NCBI GenBank assembly: GCA_013265495.1
Contig: MU059902.1
Location: 4,361,862-4,425,861 of the forward strand
Direction: 5' to 3'
Source: Vicugna vicugna
Lineage: Eukaryota
Length of the DNA: 64,000 bases
The notes under the pieces are model-generated. The model was not told the origin of the DNA. It did no database searches and saw only the letters and a program-made list of their open reading frames with translations. Position 1 is the first letter of the stretch. The number at the start of each line of letters is the position of its first letter. The translations under genes and the position numbers were made by a program. Below, one piece after another: positions 44,133 through 56,495 of this stretch.

Positions 44133-45234
44133 CAGAAGGTCACATCCCCTCCTCACTCATCCAATCAGGCCAAATCGGAGCATGTCGCCCTCCCACCCTG
44201 GCCGCAGGGCCCCTCCTGGGCATGGAGGGCGGGGGTTTTGCAGGCGATGTGAGGCTCTCGCCGTGCCCCACCTCAGCCCCACTCCGGGGGCACCCACTGC
44301 AAATGATCAAGAGGATGTTTCTGTCCGTCAAGGAGCAGCTGCCACGGGCACCGTTCACTCCAGGTTTCCCCGAACACCATCTCTAGAGAACTTAGATGAG
44401 CTCGGCTGTCGGGGCCCTTCGGTCACCTGCCATCTCCGTCCTCAGCAAGGAAGTGTGCAGGGCAGTGAGGCAGCCGGGCAGCCCTGCCTCGGTGGCCTGA
44501 AGTGCGTCCACGCCTCCACTGGTTCCTGATACGCGCGTGTACACGCATGTGCACACACCTGGGCAGGCCCAAACAGGCGCACAGACACACGTGCACACGC
44601 CTTCCCGAGACACCCCTTACCCGCGGGGTCTCTGCACCCCTCCGGCATCGGGGTCCTGGTGCCCCTCGGTGCGCTCGCTCCCGGTGGTGAAACAGACACA
44701 CGCAAACCTTGGCTTGTCCTGGTCCCCCTCTTGTCAGATCCCGCCCCCCCAGCGTGTGTGCCACCCTTCCACGTGAGTGGAAGGCCGGGTGGACCTGTCC
44801 TCCGATGAGAAGGGCGGACGCAGGTGCATGGAGGACCGGCAGTGCCGCCCAGCCTACAACCTGGGGTCACAGCGTCCCCTGCTTCGGCTTCCTGCAGAGG
44901 CGCACAGGGTGGGGCTGTTATCTCGCGCTGGTGGGTCAGACGACCTAGGGTCCAGGGGCAGGGTGGCCTCTCTTAGCAGCACAAAGCACAGCCTGAAGGC
45001 AGTGCCCACTCCACGCCCCACGCGAGACCCTGCAGAGGTGCGCATGCTCAGAGGCCGCTCTGGCCCCATAGGTCCTGACGGGGGTGGGGGGTCCCATCAG
45101 CTGTTTAAACGCCCAGCAGGTACTTACTGATCGTGCAGGGAACATGAAGTTAACAGGACTGAAACACCGGCATCCGTGAGCCTGACCCGCTGGGGACAGG
45201 GGCACCTGGAGTGTGACCGAGTTTGAGAAACAGT

Positions 45235-45650
45235 CCCACAGACGGAACTGTACCCCCTTAAAAGGTAGGGTGTGATCCTTGCCCCCGCCCCGTGCGTCCG
45301 AATGTGCCCTCATCTGGAGACGTGGTCGTGGCAGATGTGATTAGCTGCAAGGTCGCACCGGAGGTGGGAGGCCCTGATCGGATGTGACTGGTGTCCTCAT
45401 AAGGAAGGAGGGGACACACAGACATGCGGAGAGGAAAGGCCACGTGACCACGGAGGCAGCGATCAGAGTGATGTGGCCTCGAGCCGAGGGTCACCTGGGA
45501 ACGGAAGCGGCGGGACCCTCCCCCCGCCGAGCGCTTGTCGGGCGCACGCCCTGCCGCCACGTCGACCTTGCTCTTGGCTGGGGCTGTGAGGCAGTCCTTT
45601 CCGCTGTTCTAAGCCCCGGGCTGCGGTGCTCTGACACAGGGAACTAACAC
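45235..45650 (+). mobile_element. MaLR solo LTR (MLT1B/C-like)
   Basis: gcagatgtgattag...gactggtgtcctcataagg...ggccacgtgaccacggaggcag...ctgttctaagcccc...ggaactaacac. Confidence 0.8.
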
Positions 45651-46119
45651 GGCGTGCGGTGACCCGGGGTGCCACCGCTCCTGTCTCATCTGGGACACCC
45701 AAGGTCACCAGCTGCCACGTCAGCCAAACCCCCGACTTGCGGGGGCACTTTCTCAGGCTGGAGAGCATTTCCAGAGGCTGAGCTGCCAACAACCAAACGA
45801 ACAGGCAAAACCTAGAGCCTGCTGTTCGTTCCACCCAAACACCCAAGCTGGCGCCCGCTGAGCTGCAAGACGGCGGGGTTCAGCGCAAAGAGTTTGCAGC
45901 AAATGTGAAGATTTTCGCCCTGAGCCCTAAAGCCTGTTTGCAGTCGTGGTGTGAAGTCAGCCGCGAGGAGACTTGGAGCGGCCGGGGCTGCACGGTTCGG
46001 GTCCTTCCTTCCTAGGGTGACGATGGCAGACCACCGTTTGTCAGGTCATCGCTGCACACCAGGGGCTGGCGGGCCACAGCGCACGGCGTCACTTCTTCCT
46101 ACGGTGGCGCTCTTATCCG

Positions 46120-46503
46120 GCAGGTGCAGGGGGCTGAACGGCGCCGCCCAGAGATGTATCTAGTTCCCCGCGCCTCTGCATGGGGCCTTACCTGGTAGCA
46201 GTCTTTGCAGACAGAGTTAGTTAAGGGTCTCCATTCTGCTGGACTTAGGGTGGGCCCTAAATCCAGTGGCAGGAGTCCTTGGGAGAGAAGAGAGACAGAG
46301 AGACGCCGGGGCACGGGGGGGAGGCCGTGTGGAGACAGGGGCGGACTGGAGGGGTGTGGCCACAAGCCAAGGGAACCGAGGCAGGAAGGACCCTCCTCCA
46401 GAGCCTTCGGAGCGGGCAGGGACCGCCGACACTCTGATTTGGGACTTTGGGGGATGATGTATTTCTGTCAGTTAAGACGCCCCGTTTGTGGTGACCTGTC
46501 ACC
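46120..46503 (+). mobile_element. MaLR solo LTR (MLT1-type)
   Basis: gtctttgcagacagagttagttaagg...tagggtgggccctaaatccagtggcaggagtcctt...ccacaagccaaggg...atttctgtcagttaag. Confidence 0.78.
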
Positions 46504-49267
46504 CCGATTTTGCTGCCTTCACTCTGCGGGGGGGAAGGCAAGGCTGGTCCCGGTGGCCGGCAGCCCGCTGAGCGCGAGAGCCTGTGTTCAGACCCAGCTC
46601 AGCCTGGTTCCAGAACCCACACTCTCTCCGCGCGTCTCCAGTCCCAGCCGAACCCCGAGCAGGCCGCTCGCCCAGCACCAGAGGGACGTGGCTCGAGGGC
46701 TTTCTCTCAGAGTGAGAGTCTCAGGACCCAGTAGCCCCGCGGGACCGGCCTCCCGGGCTCAGCCGGACGCAGGCGGGATGCCTCACGCCTCCCGGGTGGC
46801 CCTTCCTCCCCCATCCTCTGCGCTCCACGCCGCGCGCTGGGAGCTCGGGACCACGGCCGATTCAGCCCTGGGCACCAGGCGATCGGAGGCGCGCGGCGGG
46901 CTGGCCGTGGGGGGTCCTGGCCCCCAGAGGAGCCCCTCTCTCGGGCTTGTACTGTGTTATTTCCTAATCAAAGCACCCAGATCTGGACCTGCCGTCCAGG
47001 TTGGAAGGCGGGGGCGGCGAGGGCCCCGAAGGCAGGGAGAGAAGCCAAAGGCGGCAGAGAGGAAACAGAAGCGGGACGCCCGCTCCCGCTGGGGGGGGGG
47101 CGGAACCACACCTGGGCCGCGGGGCGGGCGCCGGGGCAGTTAAGGCAGGAGACTGTCATCCTCGGCTCCCCGACAGAGGCCGGGCCTTGGAGGGCCTCCG
47201 ACGACCGTTTGTTATCACCACACATTGTTACTGAGGCTGATTGCCTGTGATTATTCTGATCATTTCAGTTCCAGCCGCGGAGGGGAAGCGCAGCTGCAGG
47301 TTCCCGTGGGATCGCCTCCTTCACTCCTTCCAAGGAGACTCTGAAGGGCTCTTTCCCTGGTGCGGTGGCGTCAGTCTGAGCGGGGAGGACGGGGTCTGGG
47401 CCCCCGGGCCCCTCAAGAGCTGCTGAGCTCAGCGTTCGGGCCCCACTCGGGTCGCCTCACCTGAAGTCCCCCGAACTCACGTGGCACCCCCACCCTTGGG
47501 CAAACCACTGGGCAAACCTGAGGCTGGCATCTGCCTGGTGTGCCCCCGTGCACACGTGCCTGCGGGCGCTACGCGCCTCTGGCTGGACGTGCCAGTGCGC
47601 ACACACCTGCCGCCGGCGTCCGCACCCAGACCCCCGCCTGGGGCGCAGCTCAGACAGGCCCGCGACCCTCTCCTCCGGGCCCCTCCGGCGGGGCCCTCGG
47701 CACCACGCTCTCTGACAGCTCGGTAATTGCTCGGTTGATTGGTTCTCTGACCTTGGACAAACCGCTTCAGTTCTCAGCCTGCTCATCCGCAGGAGGAGAA
47801 ATTGTGTGCGAGCCCTTTAAACATCGCGGAGCCTCATACAGATGCAAGGATTACGTCTGAGGCTGGGACAGGAAGGGCGGTCACGGCCAGCCCTCGGAGC
47901 CAGAGCTGGACCCGCCCGCACGTGCCTGCCCTGGGCAGGCAGGCGACTCAGGCAGGCCTCGAAGGGCCCACTGGGTCCACACGCTCAGCTGTCCCGTGGG
48001 CTCACGATGGCACTGAGGGGACGCCGTGCACCCCGCGTCCTCTCGCGCACACTCCTCCACACCCCTTGTCGGTCCCTGCAGCCTGTCCCTACTGATCCCA
48101 AACAGAGACACCAGCCTGCTCCACCTCCCATCCTGAGCTGCGTTCCAGCCCCTGGGGCTCTCGGGCGACCATTCGGCATCCGGCATGCCGTGCCCCCCCT
48201 TCCCCCACAATTATATCATGGAGACTGAATCAGCACCCGAGTGTTATCAAAGTCAGGAGGCCCATTACCCCCAGTAAGTTCTGAGTGGGTAAGTGAGGAG
48301 ATGTTCGTGGCGAGGCCTCCTGTAGATGGGGTTCAGCCAACCTGAGCTTCGTTTGGCAAATCCACCCGCGCCACCCAGAGGACTTCAGGGTCCAGGTCAC
48401 AGCCTAAAACACAGACGCGCTGTGGGCAGGCGGGGCTGGGCAGGGAGGAACCAGAGGGGCCCAGTCGGGCTGGCCTGTCAGGAGCTCCCAGCAAAGCTTC
48501 CGCCTCCGCCCACAGCCTCCTGCTAACGGCTGAGCGAACGAACGGATACACAGACACCCGGGAGGGAGGGCGCGGATCCTGCAGTTCCCGGGTTTTCTGC
48601 GTTTCTGCGCCCACGCTGAGCCCTCTCCCCTGTATTCGCAACAACCCCAGGCTCCAGCTCGTGGCCCCATCATGTCCCCCCACCCCATCCCTGCCTCTGC
48701 CCCACCACACACGCGTCCTGTCGTCCTGGGGACTCTGATGACATTGAGGTAACCTGACAATAAGGAGCCCAAATGACCCCCTGGGACCCGCAGCAGTGAA
48801 CGCATTTCCTGTTTATCAACAGCCTCCCACACTTGGCCCAGGGCGGCCGTCAGTGGGGCCGGGGACGGCACTGCAGCCACCATGGGGCGTGTCTGGGCAC
48901 AGGCCACATTTCAGGACCCCCGAGTCCCATCTAGAGACAAACACGGAGCCATTACAGGGTGCGCGGGCACACGGGGTCTGAGGGCATCTCCCAGAAGAGG
49001 CCAGCACATCTGACCTGCCTTTCCAGGTACCTGGGAACTGGCATTCGGTCTGGCGGGTCTTTGCCATCATCGCCTCACCTTTGTTTTTGTTTTTTCTCCT
49101 ACAAGGATGCAATTACCAAGGGAAACAGCTCACGTGGGAATGGCCTCTGAAGACCAGGGCTTTTATAGAAAAGTAAATGTGCTGTCTCTGAGCTGTGTTT
49201 TACCTGAGGGTGGGGTCACAATGTCCCCGGACTTACATGGATTCCGGCGGCAGGAACATTTTTTCTT

Positions 49268-49428
49268 GTGTGAGCGCATGTGTTGGTGTGTGTGCCTGTG
49301 TGTGCGTGTGTTGGGATGTGTGCCTGTGTGTGCGCATGTGTCGGGGGTGTGCCGTGTGTGTGCCTGTGTGTCGGTGTGTGTGCCTGTGTGTGCGCATGTG
49401 TCGGGGGGTGTGCCGTGTGTGTGTGTGC
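49268..49428. repeat. (GT)-rich repeat with a higher-order 60-bp period
   Basis: tgcctgtgtgtgcgcatgtgtcggggg(g)tgtgccgtgtgtg recurs at 49321 and 49381. Confidence 0.85.
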
Positions 49429-49485
49429 AGGGAGAGGCTCAGGGAGGCACTGAAAAGGGTGGTCGGCTCTTAGGTTTGCTTGTCT

Positions 49486-50460
49486 AATTTATTTTACTTT
49501 GTCTTTGGAAACAATTCCAAACGTAGAGAAAAGGGGCGAGGACAGGACACACACCAGCGTGCCTGTCCCCAGAGCCCCACCGGACCCACCAGTGATCCTG
49601 GCACCTCCCGGCCTGGACCACACATCCTAGTGCGTTTCGGTTTGTCCCGTCCCCTTCAGTCTGGGACAGCTTCCCAGGCGTCCCTAGACTTTCACGACCT
49701 TGGTCTTTCTGGACATAACAGAATAATCAGGCATCCTGCGCACGTAGCTCTGCTTTCTCTGACGTCTCCTCCTGAGTTACAGATGTGGGGGGGAGTCACG
49801 GAACAAGGCTGGGTCCTCAGTGACTCCTACCAGCCGGAGAAAAGGCTGACGCGTCCCCTCCGCGGTGGGGGAAACTTGGACCACTGGGCCCACATGGTGC
49901 CCACCGGCGTCTGCACTGCAGGGCTGCTCCCCTCCCCCGCTTTGGGAAAATAAGTATTTTCTGGGAGACAATTTGAGATGTAAAGTCCATTCCTCACCCA
50001 ACTTTCCCCCACTCTTTTACGGCCCATTGGTGCTTCCTGCCTGGACAATCACTGTGATGGCGGCACCTCTTCAGTCCTGTTGTTCCTTCTGTGTTTATTA
50101 ACCGCATCCACCGTCAAGAGGAAGGGCTCCATCTTCATCTCTGTCCACTCAGGCACCCCTTACTTTATTCAACCGGTGATGGCATTGCTTCTGATGTTGT
50201 ACCTGAATTGTCGCAGGGTTGGTCAGCGGGAACCCCTCCACGCCGGCTTCTCCGCCTTGTGGACACGTCCCTCGGTCCTTCGAGTGCGTCCTTACCCGCC
50301 GGTACCAGGTGTTCCGGGCGTGACCTGTGCTTTCCCCGCCCCAGCCCCGGGGTCGGCCGTTCCTTCCAGGAGCCCTGGTCTTCCGTGGACAGTGCTGGCT
50401 GGGGTCTTGCTGCTCCTGAGTCCTCTGAGCTGGGAGGCCAGGAAACATCATTCTGAATGC
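49486..50460 (-). mobile_element. Diverged L1MC/L1MD-like fragments
   Basis: ttttactttgtctttggaaacaattccaaacgtagagaaa and tgtgctttccccgccccagccccggggtcggccgttccttccaggagccctgg resemble antisense L1MC4. Confidence 0.55.
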
Positions 50461-50494
50461 GCACCTGGGAAAGCATGAGGGCACCAACCCCTCC

Positions 50495-50929
50495 ACAGCT
50501 GGTGGAATAGTGACCACCCCACCCGTCACGGCCACTCAGGGCCTCAGAACGCGGCCTTGCTTGGAACAGGGTCTTTGAAAATGTGATTAAGACGAAGTCA
50601 TTCTGGATCAGGGTGGGTCCGAAGTCCAGTGGCCGGAGTCCTTCTAAGAAGACGAGAGGACACGCAGACACACGGGAGGAGACCGCGCCCGGTGAGGACG
50701 GAGCAGAGACTGGAGGGATGCGGCCACCAGCCAAGGAACGCCCGGAGCCCCAGAGCCTGGACGAAGCAAAGAAGGACAGTCCCCTGGAGCCCCCGGAGGG
50801 AACGCGGTCCTGCCCGCACCTCATTTCATTTCAGACTTCCGGCCTCCGGAACTGTGAGAGAATGAATGTCTTGTTTTAAGCCCCCGGGTTGGTGGCGCTT
50901 TGTTACAGAAGCCGCGAGGAACCATTACA
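50495..50929 (+). mobile_element. Near-complete MaLR solo LTR (MLT1B/C-like)
   Basis: ttggaacagggtctttgaaaatgtgattaag...cagacttccggcctccggaactgtgagagaatgaatgtcttgttttaagcc...ttgttacagaagcc...accattaca. Confidence 0.85.
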
Positions 50930-51290
50930 GCCTCCAAATGCAACCCACACCTTCAGAGCACGCTCACTTCCCCCCTTTCCGGATTGGTGCCTCCCCCTCT
51001 CTGGGGGGAACCTGGCTCCAGCACATGCTTGCTGGTCTGCTCAGCTCCACCTCTGCAGGCAGCCAGCCCATCTCAGCCCCGCCGACCACCACCCTGCTCT
51101 GACGCCCCCACCACCCCCTGTGAAGAGTCCCAGCGCGGGCGTCAGCAGGGCCCTTTCTTGGTTGCAGGACCTGATGGCGCCTCTGCCATTAGAGCCTCCA
51201 GGCGGTCCCTCCAGTTCCAGTGCATCCGATGGGGGCCAGTGTCAGAAACAACACACCTCGGTCCTCACGCTGCATGGAACTGTTAGGTCC

Positions 51291-51827
51291 TTATTTTTGT
51301 TTTTAATTTTTAAAAAACTGTGCTAAAAAATACACATAATGTGAAACTTATCTTCACCATCTTTAAGTGTCAGTTTAGTCGTGTTAAGTATATTCACACG
51401 GTTGTGCAACTCACCTCAGGAACTTTTTCATCTTCTCAAACTGAAACACTGTCCCCACTGAGCAGTAACTCCCCATATTCCCTCCCGCAGCCGCTGGCAC
51501 CCACTGCTTCTACTTTCTGTCTCCATGAATTTGACGGCTCCAGGGACTTCATCTAAGTGGAGTCACACAGTATCTTTTGTGACTGGCTTATGTCCCTTAG
51601 GATAACATCCTCAAGGTTCATCTCTATGGTAGCAGGTGTCAGAATTTCCCTCGTTTTCAAGGCTGTATAATATTCCACTGTACGGATGGCCCACGGTGCA
51701 CTTATCCATTCATCCATGCATGGCTCTTGAGTGACTTCCACCTTTTGGCGATTGTGAATAATGTTGCTGTGAACGTGGGTGTACAAACATCTCTTGGAGT
51801 CCTTGCTTCCAATTCTGTTGGGTGTCT
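51291..51827 (-). mobile_element. L1MB-like 3' end
   Basis: ttaagtatattcacacggttgtgcaac...gaactttttcatcttc...tactttctgtctccatgaatttgac...attgtgaataatgttgctgtgaacgtgggtgtacaaa: typical antisense L1MB 3' UTR. Confidence 0.85.
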
Positions 51828-52656
51828 GCTCTGTCAGAGGCTGTCCGCCTTCCCAGGGGAGGGGATCTGTGTTCTGCATGGGGACACCTACACTGGGGGA
51901 GGGCCTGGGGCATGGGGTCTGCATAGGGGGAGCCCTACTGCCTGGTTGATACCCAGATGCCAAGGGCACATGAAGAGATGCTGGACTCTGACAGGGAGGC
52001 AGGAGGAAACGTGCGTTTGGCCAAATGCACAACTCAGAGTCAGAGGTGAGGGCCACTGTGACCCTCGGGGCTGCGAGGAACAGAAGCCACAAGCACGAAA
52101 GAAGCTGCTGTCTCCTCCCGTCTTCAGATGGTTTCTTCCTTTAAAAACATGCTCTGAGGGTCACTTCTGTGCAGTGAGAGAACACGGGAAATACCAGCCA
52201 AGATGACTCAGTGGGAAGACATGAAATGCAAATTGATCTCTGCCTCTTGGGAGCCGATTTGAGAATCTGTTCAAAATCAAATTAACTTTTTGACTTCTCT
52301 CCCCTAGAAAGCTCGGAAGACAGCCATGAGACCACAGGTGAACACGCTCGCCAGGGAAGCACGGCAGCGCCGGGGGAGGAGTCATCTGGCTTCCAGGACC
52401 TGTCACCTGGCTGTGGCGTTGCCGGAGGAGAGCTGCTGTGCTGGGACCCACGGGCCCTCCAAAGCCAGCAGGACCCAAGGTCCGTGCAGGCAACAACGTT
52501 TGCTTGTCAGGCACCTTGGCTGGTTCCCTGTGTCATTCAGCTCCTAGTTGGTACCAGGAGTCTCAGGCTAGTGATGATGGAAAATCCGTCTCCCGTGCGA
52601 TTCAGGGACAGACAGCTCTGTCCTCCCCACCTCTCTCTTCTCCACTGGAACCTGGC

Positions 52657-52777
52657 CACCCTAAAAGTCGTGTTTCTTCTCTTGTAATCTATCAGAAACG
52701 CAGTGAGACCCCACGCCAAGGTCCTTGAGACCCTGCAGCAGACGATCAGGGTGACCAGGATCCTGGACATGTGCCCC
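52657..52777 (+). repeat. Left arm of 121-bp inverted repeat (82-bp core 52657-52738)
   Basis: reverse complement matches 53531-53612 at 77/82 positions; a further ~40 bp aligns at lower identity. Confidence 0.92.
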
Positions 52778-53491
52778 TGCCCTCTTCTGCCCCGCTCTGC
52801 CCACCTCCCTCCAGCTCGGCAGGTGACACACTGGCCAGCTCTCAACATCATCCTCCACCCCTGACATCCTCCAGCTGGGACTTCTGTCCTCATGGACCCG
52901 AGTCCAGTCACAGGGCTTCCGTGCAGGTCCTGCTCCACTTGGCTTCTCCTGCACCCCTGAGCTGGGACCCCTACCTGGCCTCCTGCCCCCATGTCCCCTC
53001 TCAACACAGCAGCCAGAGGGAACCCTGAGAACCGAGGTGAGAGCTCACTGCTCTGACCTTCCAGGGGAGTCTCCTGTCTCCGGATCCCCGGGAGCTGCTG
53101 TCCGTGGTCTGAATGCCCTGCTCCTCCGTCAGCTGCTGCACCTTCTGCCCCCGCACCGGTCCTCCCCCTGCTCTACGGACCCCGAGCTGTTTCATGTCAC
53201 CCGCAGGGCTCACCCCTTCCACTGCTGCCCGGCGACCCCTCTCCAGCCACACTAACTCCCCTTGGAAGGACATTCCTCTTCTGTAAACTCTGCCGTGGCC
53301 GCGGTTTGCAATCACGCACTTGAGTGAATTCCCAGATAAGCCGCCTTCCTGGACCCCCACCTCAGGAGAGGAGGGCCCGCCTTCCCAAGGTGTCTGGTTT
53401 GCTCACAGTAGGTCTTGGGCACAGGTCGACAAAGATGAGAGATGGTGAAAGGCGTCTACGCAGCCAGATGGCCTCGACCCTCCTCTGCTCT

Positions 53492-53612
53492 GGGGCAGGC
53501 GTCCAGGCTCCGGGTCCCCCAGTCGTGCCACTGCAGGGGCTCAAGGACCTTGGCGTGGGGTCTCACTGCGTTTCTGACAGATTACGAGGGAAGAAACACG
53601 ACTTTCAGGGTG
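53492..53612 (-). repeat. Right arm of 121-bp inverted repeat (82-bp core 53531-53612)
   Basis: CTGCAGGGGCTCAAGGACCTTGGCGTGGGGTCTCACTGCGTTTCTGACAGATTACGAGGGAAGAAACACGACTTTCAGGGTG. Confidence 0.92.
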
Positions 53613-56277
53613 AGGGAGGAAAATCAGTCCTTGGTACGGGCTGGCACCTCCGGAACGTAGGAGAGCCCTAACCAGCTCTTGTGACGAGGGCTTCGGGTCA
53701 CCGCCTAGACCCAGCCTGCCTTGGGCTCGTGGCTTCCTCTTCTGGCCCCTGGGCGCGACTGGGATGAGCCGGTGGGTATTCCTCTAGCTCTGCCCCAGCC
53801 CAAGGAAACGGGCCTCAGAGAGCTGGGCCAGCAGCCAGGATCCGACCCCGTGTGACGGGACCAACCCAAACCACCCCGGGGCGACGCGAGCACAGCGCAC
53901 CCCCCCCCGCCCCCCGCATCAGCGCTTGTAACGAACAGGCTCGGCTGGGGCGCTGGGCAGAGGCCAGCAGCAGCTGCAGCTCCCCTGGCCCGCTCTTTGG
54001 CTCTGCCTTCGAGCCCCTCCCCATCGGCGCCGTGGCTCCAGCCGAAGCCCCCGGGGGGGCCCACAAGGCTCTGTCCGCCTCCTGGCAGTAACTACAGGCA
54101 GGGGCAGGGCAGGCTCCTCTCAAGAAACAACTCAGACCATCCCCACCCTGCAACGAGCCAAAACGGGTAATGATCCACCTCCCCAGCCTCTGCCCCGACC
54201 CTCCCAAGGCACTGGATGCAGCAGGGTCCCTGCCTGACCAGGGCCCGCAAACTAGCCCTCGCAGGGTGACCCGCCCAGGCCTCGCTCTACACCCAGGAGC
54301 CCAGGACAGCCGGGTCCCCAAAGAGACCCAGGCGGAGCCCAGTTTAGCTGCACACCCCATTCAGAGGGGCTCCCAGACCTGCGACCCCAGTGCACACAGT
54401 CGACAGGGGACCTGAACAGGGGCACGCTCTTCATTTAAAAAATTTTCTGTCCGTTAACTTATTCGATAGATACACTGGGCCCGCGTGGCCACAATCACTC
54501 CGCAGCACGCCACGTGGAGGGGAGAAAGAAAGAGCCTCCCAGGGCTCCGCTCAGAGCGGCGGCAGGCTGACGGGGGTCGGGGGGAGGCCGTCCTATTCTG
54601 CAGCTCTTTCTGTAGATAAGCACAACAGGAAAGGCATCCTGCGCACTGCAGGGAGCGGTCGCTTCCGGCCACCGGGGATCAAAGGCAGATTTGTGTGAGG
54701 GGCGTGTCTGTGGCCGGGGGCTCCGGAGCAGTAGGGGGGGCGGGAGGGCGCTGCAGAGGAGGCAAGGCCCTGGGGAGGAGGAAGGCCCCTGGAGGCCACG
54801 TGTGAAGGTGACTGCTACCTTGAACCCAGTTAGGGAGCGTGGACTTTTCTCCTGGGCAGCGGAAGCCACGGGCGATTGTTGAGCAGGGGAGTGGCAAGGT
54901 CAGGTCTGGCCGTCCTGTGCCGACCGTTTCACAGAATGTACCGAGTGAGCTCCCTCGTAGCCCTTCCTGGGCGCCAGGCGTGCTCTGAGCACTTTGCAAG
55001 GACTGGCTCCTTCTGTCCTCACAACCTGACGAAGGAGGCATTTTTCGGATCCTCGTTTCCCCAAAGAGAAAGGAGAGGCTCGGAGCGGCCAGGCAGCTGC
55101 AGCAACTGGGCGGCGGAGCAGCTCCTGGACGGAGAGCCCGGACTTGGTTCTCTTCTCCTAAGCTCCGGTCCCCTGGATTGGCCGGCGGTGGTCAGGGCAG
55201 AAGACAGAATTAGAGCCTTTAGGAGGCAAACGGGGCTGAGCTGGACGCTGCGGGCAGGCTGCGAGGGGTGACAGGCTCCACTGAGGCAGGGCCCAACCCT
55301 GGGTCCCCAACTGGGACCCTTGTGCCGAACGTCACCCCTCCCGGGAATCACTCGTCTCCCAGCTCCCGGAAATGAGAGTCAGGAGGGGAGACAGGCCGCC
55401 GTCCCACTGGAAATGCCTTGAGCCCAAAATGCTTTTCTTGTCTTCTCCATTTAGCAGTGAGGACCCTCTGGATCCCGCTGGGGGCCGAGGGGGCCCCAGA
55501 CCCACTGGGCAGTGCCCACCAAGGGGTCAGCTGAGCCCCCTCCACACACCGGGGCCAAGACCGGCAGCAGCTCGGACAGCAGGCGCAGACGTGCTGACCT
55601 GCGATGGGGACACGGGGGCAGCGGGCAGCCCTGGACCTGGAACCTGCACAGCAGGAGGTGAGAAACGCGCCCCGCCACCACCCATGCTCCTCTCGGGGCT
55701 GCCTCTCTCCTCCCTTCCCAGAACAAGGACAGCTTGTGCACCGCACGCAGCGCCACCCTGCGGTCACTCTGCCCAGTCGGACGTGGACTGAGATGTCCTG
55801 GCGGCCGGGCTGTCGTGTGTTTATTGCCTGGTTGCAGCTGGGGAAAGGGCCGGCCTTTCCCGCAGCTGATGCAGGGGTATGTGACGTCCCTCTCGCCTTC
55901 TGCCCCCTCCCTTTCCGCAGATGCTGGAGCTGCCTTTGCTGGGACCTCTTGGGACTTGCACCTCCTGGAGAGATAGCAGAAGCTGCCTCTGCGCTGCATT
56001 GTGAGCTGCTGAGAACTGGTCTGAATGGGTCTGAACAGAGAGGGCCGGCCAGGACCACACGGGGCGGGGGGCACTCCAGGCTTAGCCACGAGGTGGGCTG
56101 GTCCCACACGTGTGTGGGCTCAGAGGCCCGGGGTGCTGGGAACAGGCCTCTCGGCCCAGGCAGCACTGGGGTCAACCTCTGCAACTCCCCTAAACTCCTT
56201 AATCTCTTGTAGTCTCCCTTTCCTAATCTGGACTATATACTCCAAAGAGTTGTTGAAAGGAAAGAACATCCCTGACG

Positions 56278-56495
56278 CCGAGTTCGAATCTTGACTCCAG
56301 CTCTTATAGGCTGTGTGTCCTCGGACAAGTCACTTAGCCTCTCTGTGCTGTTTTGGCCTCCGCTGAATAAGGAACAGAGGTGTGTTCATCTCCCAGAGCT
56401 GCTGTGCATCTTACAAGGGCCCTGACTGACTGAATTCAAGCCAGGCACTTAGAACCCGGCTTGTAGTGAGCACGGAATGTATCTAATCGTTAACA
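56278..56495 (+). mobile_element. MIR SINE
   Basis: gagttcgaatcttgactcc...ctgtgtgtcctcggacaagtcacttagcctctctgtg...gcacttagaac. Confidence 0.75.

Noticed and set aside
43500-44529. 338-aa and 218-aa ORFs with SL/ER repeats
   Set aside because: Produced by the (CT)n microsatellite and GC-rich flanks
46205-47143. 312-aa plus-strand ORF
   Set aside because: Starts inside an MLT1 LTR and runs through GC-rich intron; low-complexity R/P/G/A composition with no recognisable domain
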